Source: Candidatus Hodarchaeota archaeon
Lineage (GTDB): Archaea; Asgardarchaeota; Heimdallarchaeia; Hodarchaeales; Hodarchaeaceae
Length of the DNA: 20,143 nt
Reading direction: 5' to 3'
Assembly (NCBI GenBank): GCA_016839785.1
Contig: JAEOTQ010000212.1
Location: 1-20,143 of the forward strand
Below are positions 1 to 7,381 of this stretch, in pieces. The position numbers and the translations under genes are program-made. Numbering within the stretch: position 1 is the first letter of the stretch; every line of letters begins with the position of its first letter. The notes beneath the pieces are model-generated. The model was not told where the DNA came from, did not search any database, and saw only the letters and a program-made list of their open reading frames with translations.

Positions 1-201
1 AAGATAATGGAATTAAATACAACGCATCCCATTGTCGTTGGATTAAAAAAGTTGTTTGAAAACGATCCAGAATCTTCTTTATTGAGAGAATGTTGTTTTC
101 AATTACTAGAAAATCAAGAATTGGCTGAAGGTAATTTAAAGGATGTTAATGCGATGATTGCGCGTACCACTGACTTTATGAAACAATTACTTGAAAAATA
201 A
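1..201 (+). CDS. htpG: Molecular chaperone HtpG (Hsp90), C-terminal fragment; gene begins upstream of the window
   Basis: The frame is open from base 1: KIMELNTTHPIVVGLKKL...CFQLLENQELAEGNLKD...ARTTDFM. This matches the HtpG C-terminal pattern LE(I/L)NxxHP(I/L)...LLxxQAxLAEG..D.....R. There is no MEEVD tail. Stop TAA is at 199-201. Confidence 0.8.
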   Translation, partial: KIMELNTTHPIVVGLKKLFENDPESSLLRECCFQLLENQELAEGNLKDVNAMIARTTDFMKQLLEK

Positions 202-356
202 TCCATTTTCTTGACCTCAAATGACAAGGAGTAACTCTCCTTCCCTTTTCCTTTCTAGCAATATGAGGTCCAAACCCTCATTAGAGGGGGAATTCCTTGA
301 TTTTTCTGAACATTATAGGCTGTAAGAAATTTTTACTACAAACACAACATTATAAT

Positions 357-364
357 TTTATAAA
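357..364 (+). promoter_or_regulatory. Candidate archaeal TATA box for the flavoprotein gene
   Basis: TTTATAAA about 48 nt upstream of ATG 412. The region is AT-rich, so the evidence is weak. Confidence 0.35.
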
Positions 365-411
365 GTCGAAAAAAAAATGAAATAGAACATACTGATTTGG
401 GGAATTTTGGA

Positions 412-1395
412 ATGTCAGAACGAGTAATGCATTTTGATGTAATTATCGTAGGTGGAGGACCTGCGGGATTATCAGCGGGAATTGTTGCTTCAGGAAAAGG
501 GTTACGATCTGCAGTTTTTGAAGGAGGTACCTGGGGTGGTCTTTTATCGACTATCTATCCTCATAAGAAGATTTACAACTATCCAGGAACTCCAAGTATT
601 CGAGCAGATCATTTGGTTTCAGAATGGGTTAGACAAGCCGCTGATCATGGTGTACATCTAATTAAAGATCGTATTACGAAAATTTACAAAGATCTCAAGC
701 TTGAATCTGCTGAAGGAGCGACATTTCAAGCTAAATCCATTATTATTGCCACTGGTATGAAACCTAATGAGCTGGGTATTCCAGGTGAGGCTAAATTTTC
801 GAAAAAAAACCGTGGCGTTTTTCCTTATGTTACTGAGCCTGCTGCTTTCTATGATAAACGAGTACTCGTGGTTGGAGGAGGAGATACCGCTATTGATGCC
901 GTTATTGATCTCGCCAATGTGGCAGACAAGGTGTATCTAGCCCATCGACGGGATACATTTCGAGCATCGGAAATGAACTTAGCGAAAGTCACCAATGAGA
1001 AGCTAGCCGAAATCCTTTTTAAAACTAATATCTTAGAAATTGCTGGAAAACAACGAGTAGAAGCGGTCATTCTAGAAAATGTTGATACAAATGAGAAATT
1101 TGAGCTGGAAGTCGACTGTGTTGTTCTTGCAGTGGGACTTAAACCCAATACAGAAATTTTTGAAAACTTGGGTTTAAAATTCTCTGGTAATTTCATTACT
1201 GTTGATGATTTAATGCGTACGAATGTTGAGGGTATATTTGCAGCAGGTGATATTGTTACTCCTTACCAATTAGCTGCTGTAGCTGCGGCTCAAGGAGCAT
1301 TAGCTGCTCATGGAGCGTACCTGTTTATTCGTGATCCATATTGGAAACAAGAACACTTGAAAGATCAAGATGAGGTCAAAAGACAGATTTTATAA
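412..1395 (+). CDS. Thioredoxin-reductase-fold NAD(P)/FAD oxidoreductase, probably ferredoxin/flavodoxin-NADP+ reductase (YumC-like, no CxxC)
   Basis: FAD motif IIVGGGPAG; GGLLSTIYPHKKIYNYPG resembles YumC-type GGQL..LYPEK.IYD; IIIATG; NAD(P) motif VVGGGDTA; HRRDTFRA NADPH-specificity motif; TNVEGIFAAGD. GVFPYVTE sits where TrxR has GVSxCxxC. ATG 412 is preferred over TTG 397. Confidence 0.8.
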   Translation: MSERVMHFDVIIVGGGPAGLSAGIVASGKGLRSAVFEGGTWGGLLSTIYPHKKIYNYPGTPSIRADHLVSEWVRQAADHGVHLIKDRITKIYKDLKLESAEGATFQAKSIIIATGMKPNELGIPGEAKFSKKNRGVFPYVTEPAAFYDKRVLVVGGGDTAIDAVIDLANVADKVYLAHRRDTFRASEMNLAKVTNEKLAEILFKTNILEIAGKQRVEAVILENVDTNEKFELEVDCVVLAVGLKPNTEIFENLGLKFSGNFITVDDLMRTNVEGIFAAGDIVTPYQLAAVAAAQGALAAHGAYLFIRDPYWKQEHLKDQDEVKRQIL

Positions 1396-1400
1396 CTCTT

Positions 1401-2162
1401 TCAAGGAATTTTCCTTTTTTCTACCCCTGTATATTTTGCTTCTGACGGGACAATTGTTCGTACAGGACGCTGTGCGAATTCCTCTAATATATGTGCTGTG
1501 AGCCCCGTTATACGTGAAATAGCAAAGAATGCTTTTCCTATTGCGGCTTCGAATCCCATATCAGCAAGTAATGCTCCAATTGCTCCATCAACATTGAGGG
1601 GTAACGGTCGACTTGATTGGAGAGTTAATTCTGTAGCAATTATTTTTGCTAGTTCTACAAACTTCCCACTGATTCCCTCTTCCGAGGCTACATGCAATAG
1701 CTTTTTTGTTCGGGGATCATCTGTATGAAAACGATGGCCAAAACCTGGTATTCGTTGTTTTTTCTTTTTTGCTTCAGTAACTACGTTTTTAGCTAATTCT
1801 GAAAGCGATTGATCCTTTTCTTGCATTCTAAACGCGTTTTTCAGGAATTTAATACATTCCTCTCCAGCTCCACCATGATGATCGCCAACTGCAAGTATTC
1901 CAGCCCCTAAAGCTGTGGTAATGGGTACACCACAAGAGGCTACTGTTCGTGCAGTCACTGCACTAGGAGCGGTCACTCCATGATCCATAGTTGCTACTAG
2001 AATGGCATTAATGACCCTTTCTTCTTGTTTAGTTGGTAATTCTCCCTTTAGTGCTAGATAAATGCCTGTTGGATAAGAAATGGAACCGATGAGTTCATCT
2101 AGGGGGTAGCCTCTAAATAGGAGTTCATTTGGAGAGACTTTCGTAATTTTAGTTTCCCACAT
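1401..2162 (-). CDS. Citryl-CoA lyase (short citrate-synthase-fold protein)
   Basis: About 253 aa. N-terminus WETKITKV..NELLFRGYPLDELIG; motifs DHG..APSA.TAR..AS, HHGGA, IPGFGHR, DPR, LNVDG, SRITG. The length and N-terminus fit Ccl rather than a full citrate synthase. The start at MWETK (2162) is preferred over 2210. Confidence 0.8.
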   Translation of the reverse strand: MWETKITKVSPNELLFRGYPLDELIGSISYPTGIYLALKGELPTKQEERVINAILVATMDHGVTAPSAVTARTVASCGVPITTALGAGILAVGDHHGGAGEECIKFLKNAFRMQEKDQSLSELAKNVVTEAKKKKQRIPGFGHRFHTDDPRTKKLLHVASEEGISGKFVELAKIIATELTLQSSRPLPLNVDGAIGALLADMGFEAAIGKAFFAISRITGLTAHILEEFAQRPVRTIVPSEAKYTGVEKRKIP

Positions 2163-2221
2163 ACGTTTTTCTTCCTGATTTTCTGTGAGGTGAAGGGATT
2201 GTTTTAACATTTCTGAAGACC

Positions 2222-2425
2222 ATGACTAATTTTGTCAGACAACTTATAATAACTAATTCTGGACAGGATGAGGTAGCTGTCGACGATGTAGTAGTTACAG
2301 TTCATGAAGTGATGGATCCATTAACAACCGATTTTTCTTCAACATCTGATCAGGGGAACTCTACTTCCTTCTCCACTATGGCAATGATATTCGCCTTGGT
2401 TATGGTTTGTCTACTAAGTGGTTAG
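2222..2425 (+). pseudogene. Small ORF or remnant resembling the C-terminal end of a membrane-anchored surface protein
   Basis: A beta-strand-like segment DEVAVDDVVVTV, then an S/T-rich linker (TTDFSSTSDQGNSTS), then a hydrophobic stretch (FSTMAMIFALVMVCLLSG). TAG follows, and the same frame continues KRCKR. A pyrimidine/T tract lies downstream. No signal peptide. Confidence 0.4.
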
Positions 2426-2446
2426 AAACGATGTAAAAGGTATGAA

Positions 2447-2469
2447 CTTTTCCCCCCTCCCTTTTTTTT
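2447..2469 (+). terminator. Pyrimidine/oligo-T tract, candidate archaeal terminator
   Basis: ttttcccccctccctttttttt directly after the small ORF at 2222-2425. Confidence 0.35.
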
Positions 2470-2604
2470 ATATTCTTATATTTTACAAACCAGCAATGCT
2501 TAAATCCAGTGATTTTTTCTCATCTGTCATTAAGCAAACCCTTTTCGTATTGGAACTTACTACCGTTTCCTAAATGTAGTGAAGCATTAAACGGAGCTCC
2601 TATA

Positions 2605-4164
2605 ATGGCTACACATGTTACAAATGTATTGGGAAGAAAATTTCCTAAGAAGGTTTTTGGCAAAGTTTTAGAGCCATATAAGGGAATTCACAATAGCACA
2701 ATTGCAGGTAAGAGAGTGGGTACTACTTATCAAGCAACATATATCTCTCGGAAAACTAAACGCTTTTTTGATTCACTGGAAGAGCTTTTCAAGGTTTTAC
2801 CTCTTCGGGATGGGATGTCCATATCATTTCATCACGCGTTGCGAAATGGTGATAATGTTGTCCTACCTATAGTGGAAGCACTAGCATCATATGGCATTAA
2901 AAACATTACTCTTGCTATTACAGCTTTATTTCCCGTTCATTCCCCTCTAATCGAATTCATCCAATCGGGAGTAATTGGAAGGATTGAAGGAAGTGTGAAT
3001 GGCCCCTTAGGCAATGCCATATCACGAGGGGAAGTTGCAGTTCCAACTACCCTTCGTTCACATGGAGGACGGACTCGTGCTGTCCAAGAAGGAAGTTTAC
3101 CCGTCGACATTGCATTTATAGCTGCCTCAACATGTGATTATATTGGAAATTTAACAGGTATGGTCGGTAAACACGCTTTTGGCAGTTTAGGCTATCCGTT
3201 AGAAACAGATTCCTTATATGCAGACATAGTAGTTGGGGTGACTGATACTATCATCAATGAACCCTTAACACAAATCAGTATTCCTTCAAGTCGAGTCGAT
3301 TATGTGTTAACAGTGGATTCTATTGGGGATCCTGCAAAAATTGCATCGGGGAGTTTAGGAAGAAAACCCTCCCCACAAAGGTTGGCTATTGCAGAAAGCG
3401 TAGTACAAGTCATGGAACTTTCTGGCTATCTGAATATTGGATTCAATTGGCAAGCTGGAGCTGGTGGAATATCATTAGCGGCTTCTCAATATCTGAAGGA
3501 ACTTATGGCTGATAAGAATATCCGTGGAGGGTATATATTTGGGGGTATCGCGACTAATTCAGTGAAGATGCTCGAAGAAGGATTATTCAAAGCCATTTAT
3601 GATGCTCAGTCTTTTGATTTAGGTGCTATCAAATCATTAGAAGAAAATGAGAATCATGTCGAAGTGTCTATCGATCATGCGTATAATCCATATAATAAAG
3701 CCTGTATTGCACTAAATACAGATTTTACAGTTCTTGGAGCAACGGAAGTCGATCTGAACTTCAATGTTAATGTAAATACTTTTAGTAATGGACTTCTAAA
3801 TTCGGGAATAGGAGGACATCAAGATGCAGCCCGAGCCAAGGTAAGTATGATCGTGGTTCCTGTTGCTCGGAAAGTACCCTCTATTCTTGACTCAGTTACG
3901 ACAGTAAGTACACCAGGAGACAGTATTGATTTAATCATTACAGATGGTGGGATAGCGCTCAATCCGCATTCTACTCCGAAACGATCAAAGATAGAAAAGC
4001 GGTTACGGAAGGCCGGAATAAAATTAAGAGCAATAGAAGATTTGAAAGAAGAATCGTATAGTCTTGCCTCCCCAATAAGTCCTGAATTTACTTCTGATAT
4101 CGCCACACTCATTGAATATCGAGATGGTACCTATTTAGATGTGATATACCAGATGGTAGATTAA
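2605..4164 (+). CDS. citF: Citrate lyase alpha subunit / citrate CoA-transferase
   Basis: CitF motifs: N-terminal NVLGRKFP, DGMSISFHHALRNGD, LRSHGGR, QAGAGG, LGATEVDLNFNVNV, GGHQDAA, TPGDSID..ITDGGIA.NP, C-terminal IEYRDGT.LD.I. ATG 2605 (GGAG at 2593-2596) is preferred over GTG 2509. Confidence 0.92.
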   Translation: MATHVTNVLGRKFPKKVFGKVLEPYKGIHNSTIAGKRVGTTYQATYISRKTKRFFDSLEELFKVLPLRDGMSISFHHALRNGDNVVLPIVEALASYGIKNITLAITALFPVHSPLIEFIQSGVIGRIEGSVNGPLGNAISRGEVAVPTTLRSHGGRTRAVQEGSLPVDIAFIAASTCDYIGNLTGMVGKHAFGSLGYPLETDSLYADIVVGVTDTIINEPLTQISIPSSRVDYVLTVDSIGDPAKIASGSLGRKPSPQRLAIAESVVQVMELSGYLNIGFNWQAGAGGISLAASQYLKELMADKNIRGGYIFGGIATNSVKMLEEGLFKAIYDAQSFDLGAIKSLEENENHVEVSIDHAYNPYNKACIALNTDFTVLGATEVDLNFNVNVNTFSNGLLNSGIGGHQDAARAKVSMIVVPVARKVPSILDSVTTVSTPGDSIDLIITDGGIALNPHSTPKRSKIEKRLRKAGIKLRAIEDLKEESYSLASPISPEFTSDIATLIEYRDGTYLDVIYQMVD

Positions 4165-4187
4165 CTGCTAATTTAATTTGGAACGAT

Positions 4188-4919
4188 TTAATCTTGGACG
4201 TCATCAGAAAAATGGACGGTAAAACCAAGCGATTGGAGATGTTTCAAGAAATCCACCGCTTCCTCGTCTGCAGTGGTTTTAAAACTAATGATTATCGAAG
4301 GAGCAAGCTCCGAAACCATTTTTTTGGTCAGTTTCCCAGATCGTGACTCCGTTGCTTGAATGCGTTTCTTAATGATTTTATTTCTAATGAGACTTGTTTT
4401 ATCATAAAAGCGAATATATGTGAATCCGAGGATAGGATCATCAGAGGGGGATCCTTCAGAGACTCTAGAAGCTTTTTTCTTCTTGATGATATCAAAAATT
4501 GTATCTTGAAGCTTTTCTCCAGCTTTAACCGCGAGTTTCGCTGCATCATCGACAGTTTGAGTGACTGTATCAACGATATTTTTGGGTTGACCTTCTTTAT
4601 CTAAGGAAATATAATTATACTTGATTTCATAGAAACTGGGTTCAAAAATAATATTATATCGTGGGGGGTATCCAATTTGGTCTTTTATAAGCCGATAGGC
4701 GAAGGAACCACCTGGGATGAATGATAGTATTCCGTGAAAAGCTGTTTCAATGGCAACAATCTTTGCAATTTCTGTTACACCCTCTATGTTTTGTTTATTG
4801 ATCCAAAAACATCTAGGTTGTTTCTGAATTATACCTGCAACAAGGTAACCCTGATAGGCTTCTAAGACTTTGATATGCTTCAAATCATAGTTTTGTTCAA
4901 AAAACTTAATTATGGACAT
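4188..4919 (-). CDS. Hypothetical protein (243 aa)
   Basis: Long ORF with ATG start filling the space between citF and the next divergent promoter. It has one amphipathic segment (AFHGILSFIPGGSFAYRLI) and Lys-rich patches. No family recognised. Confidence 0.7.
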   Translation of the reverse strand: MSIIKFFEQNYDLKHIKVLEAYQGYLVAGIIQKQPRCFWINKQNIEGVTEIAKIVAIETAFHGILSFIPGGSFAYRLIKDQIGYPPRYNIIFEPSFYEIKYNYISLDKEGQPKNIVDTVTQTVDDAAKLAVKAGEKLQDTIFDIIKKKKASRVSEGSPSDDPILGFTYIRFYDKTSLIRNKIIKKRIQATESRSGKLTKKMVSELAPSIIISFKTTADEEAVDFLKHLQSLGFTVHFSDDVQD

Positions 4920-5006
4920 ATTTATCTACCACAGATACTCCTCTTTGACCTTTCAACAAATATTTAGGGAAAAATCTTCAGAAATTCTCTATTATGAAGT
5001 TTTTAG

Positions 5007-5078
5007 AAGGAAATTAGTATATATATTGCTGCTTTTCCAAAAATATTAAGGATTGTTACTGCAGAACAAGGAAATTAG
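5007..5078. repeat. 11-bp direct repeat AAGGAAATTAG x2 in a divergent intergenic region
   Basis: Identical copies at 5007-5017 and 5068-5078. Confidence 0.5.
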
Positions 5079-5189
5079 ATTGATTTAAGTTTATACAAAA
5101 AGAAAAGATATTTAATTTAAGACCATCAAAAAAATAGTGAGAATAGCTCATTTTCCTCACGAAGACTAAACACGGATGTAAAGACTTCC

Positions 5190-6776
5190 ATGGCTGAACC
5201 CATAAGTATAATACTGTTTAAAGGTCCTAAATGCGCCATGTGCCGGCCCGTTGAACGCCACCTTAAACGTATCGTTGAAACTTCTCAAGGAGGGGCAACA
5301 TTAAAGACTATAGATACGGATGAACATTCTGATATTGCTACTAAACGCTATCATGTGTATCAGGTTCCCCATGTTCTGTTTAACGATGAAGAAGTGCTTA
5401 ATGCCACCCAAGCAGCGGGAATGTTCTCTTCGTTTGGGGGTGAAGATTCTGGTATGTTTTCTTCTGAGCAGTATGATCTCTTCAATTATCTTTTTAATAA
5501 GCTGATTGAAGCCGGTGTCAAAGATAGTGAGGCTTACCGGGATCGGTGGCGAAAACTGTCCATTATCACCGTTTCTGGTCGATTATTAGACGTCGATGAA
5601 TTGGAAACGGTCATACGACCGTCCATTGGGGATTATGTTCACATAGGTCATTTACAAGCAATTGTCACATCATTAATTGCAATTAATCCCGTTGCTAAGG
5701 GGTATTTATTCCGTGCGGGTGAGTTAGCGGGGAAGTTTGGTGCTGCGCAATCGTGGTTACACAGTTATAACCGCAATATTATGAATGAACACCGGATGAA
5801 AAACCGTTTTAATGAAATGTTGAAAGGGTTCAAAATTTTGTATGGTCCAAATCCCATGGCCTTAAATGTGGCTTCTGATCTAACTATTGATCGAATTTCC
5901 GATTATCATGTTAAACTACATGTAAATGGATCAGCTCATGCGGTTGAAAATTCTGATATTGGCCAAGATGTTTGTGGGTTTTTTGCTGGGGAAATTGCGG
6001 GGTTAATTGAGGTTACTCTTGGAGAAAAAGCAGCGGTTACGGAAACCAAGTGTTGGGGACTTGGTGATAATCATTGTGAGTTTGATATCAAGCTGGGAGA
6101 AGTTTCTGATCATTATAATATTTCAAATATCGAATCGAAAGAATTTTTCAGTGAGAATGATCGTCTAAGATTTGAATTGTCCATTGGCCAAATTTCTAAA
6201 AATATGTACGAATCTCTTCTGAATAAAAAATGGATGCGGCCTGAAATCGGAGATTTTATTCATATCTCTGTCTTACAGCATATTCTTACATCCCTTAAAT
6301 TTTCTGATCCATTTAATTCAACATTATTATCATATGCTGGCCAACATTATGGACAGATCTTAGAGGATATTGGTATTATTAGCAGAATTATCAATCGTCG
6401 GGGGCTAGATGCAAAACTCCTTGGGGCTATGGAATTTGAGCAAGCTTGTGAAGTCTTGAGCTACTATTTTGATAAAAACTTAAGTTCTCCAAAAATTCTT
6501 TCTGATGTTGTGGTTCAACAGATCGATGATGAGAGTGCGATTTTCAAAGTTTGGGAGAGTGCTGCCACCTCAGGTATTGATTTAACAACGGTTGATCGAG
6601 TCAATCTATTTCCTGGGTTAGATCAACCTCCTGAAGTAAATATGCTGGATGATTTTCTTTCTGGATTTATTAATGGTAGATTAGATCTTTTCATTGAGGA
6701 AGATGTTATTGTTCGTGAAACCAAATGTCAAGCTAGTGGACACCCTCACTGTGAATTTTTAGCAGAGTTAGATTAA
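5190..6776 (+). CDS. Thioredoxin-domain protein fused to two tandem V4R (4-vinyl reductase-like) domains
   Basis: N-terminal Trx fold: FKGPKCAMC (C15/C18) and YHVYQVPH cis-Pro loop. Two repeats start RPSIGDYVHI (aa 143) and RPEIGDFIHI (aa 350) and end ETKCWGLGDNHCEF and ETKCQASGHPHCEF, matching the V4R signature E..C...G...CEF. Confidence 0.85.
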   Translation: MAEPISIILFKGPKCAMCRPVERHLKRIVETSQGGATLKTIDTDEHSDIATKRYHVYQVPHVLFNDEEVLNATQAAGMFSSFGGEDSGMFSSEQYDLFNYLFNKLIEAGVKDSEAYRDRWRKLSIITVSGRLLDVDELETVIRPSIGDYVHIGHLQAIVTSLIAINPVAKGYLFRAGELAGKFGAAQSWLHSYNRNIMNEHRMKNRFNEMLKGFKILYGPNPMALNVASDLTIDRISDYHVKLHVNGSAHAVENSDIGQDVCGFFAGEIAGLIEVTLGEKAAVTETKCWGLGDNHCEFDIKLGEVSDHYNISNIESKEFFSENDRLRFELSIGQISKNMYESLLNKKWMRPEIGDFIHISVLQHILTSLKFSDPFNSTLLSYAGQHYGQILEDIGIISRIINRRGLDAKLLGAMEFEQACEVLSYYFDKNLSSPKILSDVVVQQIDDESAIFKVWESAATSGIDLTTVDRVNLFPGLDQPPEVNMLDDFLSGFINGRLDLFIEEDVIVRETKCQASGHPHCEFLAELD

Positions 6777-6787
6777 GAAAATACCCT

Positions 6788-7381
6788 TTATCTGGTGTGT
6801 AGGAGCTTCATTACATAATATCCCCCTATTAGTCCAAACAAGTGCGAAATGAAATTTGTATCCTGGCCAATGGTTATGACGAAAAATATGAATATGAAAT
6901 AAGCCATTGACCTTCTTTCTCGCTTTGATTTTCCTTTTAATACAAATAATACTGCACCTAGTAAGCCAAAGACTGCTCCTGATGCACCTAAAGAGATGAA
7001 ATCGACTCCTAGTAAGATAAATCCAAGAGTAGCGAGATTACCTATTAAACCACTTCCTAGAAATACTAGAAAAACGAGATATCCCTTTTCTAAGTCTTCT
7101 AGACGAGTACTGAAGATCAGGAGGAAAAGCAGATTGGATGCTAGATGAACAAGATTACCATGAATCCAAAAGGCTGTAATTAGTCTATACCATTCTCCTT
7201 GTAATATCAATTCATTGATTTGCCCCCACTGAAGTATCATATCAGGCGATTGTTCTAATAACTGGTAAGGATAAAATAACATTCCTAAAAGGTATATAAT
7301 TAGCAAACTTACCTCCAAAGATAGAGTTACAAATAATGAAGGCAATTGATTCCGGATTTGACTTATTTGTTCACTAAACAT
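6788..7381 (-). CDS. Rhomboid family intramembrane serine protease
   Basis: GEWYRLITAFWIH (WR motif), H.NLVHLASN, catalytic Ser in LGASGAVFG, catalytic His in ISHLFGLIGG, and about six hydrophobic segments. Probable ATG at 7381 (or 7390), overlapping the upstream gene's stop at 7374-7376. Confidence 0.93.
   Translation of the reverse strand: MFSEQISQIRNQLPSLFVTLSLEVSLLIIYLLGMLFYPYQLLEQSPDMILQWGQINELILQGEWYRLITAFWIHGNLVHLASNLLFLLIFSTRLEDLEKGYLVFLVFLGSGLIGNLATLGFILLGVDFISLGASGAVFGLLGAVLFVLKGKSKRERRSMAYFIFIFFVITIGQDTNFISHLFGLIGGYYVMKLLHTR

Noticed and set aside
221-301. Possible eukaryote-like SECIS element (ATGA...TGAT flanking a stem) after htpG
   Set aside because: The spacing between the putative core halves is far longer than a SECIS helix II plus loop, the pairing register does not fit, and no in-frame UGA selenoprotein is visible nearby.
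1401-2162. Annotation as ordinary citrate synthase, or as evidence of a complete reverse TCA cycle
   Set aside because: Too short for a citrate synthase and has a Ccl-type N-terminus. No citryl-CoA synthetase or other rTCA genes are in the window, so autotrophy cannot be inferred.
2563-2600. Hairpin CCGTTT/AAACGG with inner AATG/CATT, and palindrome GGAGCTCC, just upstream of the citF ATG as a possible riboswitch
   Set aside because: Short bulged stems with no recognisable aptamer consensus. Cannot be distinguished from chance.
2509-2604. N-terminal extensions in the ORF track (citF from 2509; also ccl from 2210, rhomboid from 7438, GH13 from 19414, wHTH from 14077)
   Set aside because: Family similarity begins at downstream ATGs. 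The extensions look like translated intergenic or overlapping sequence.
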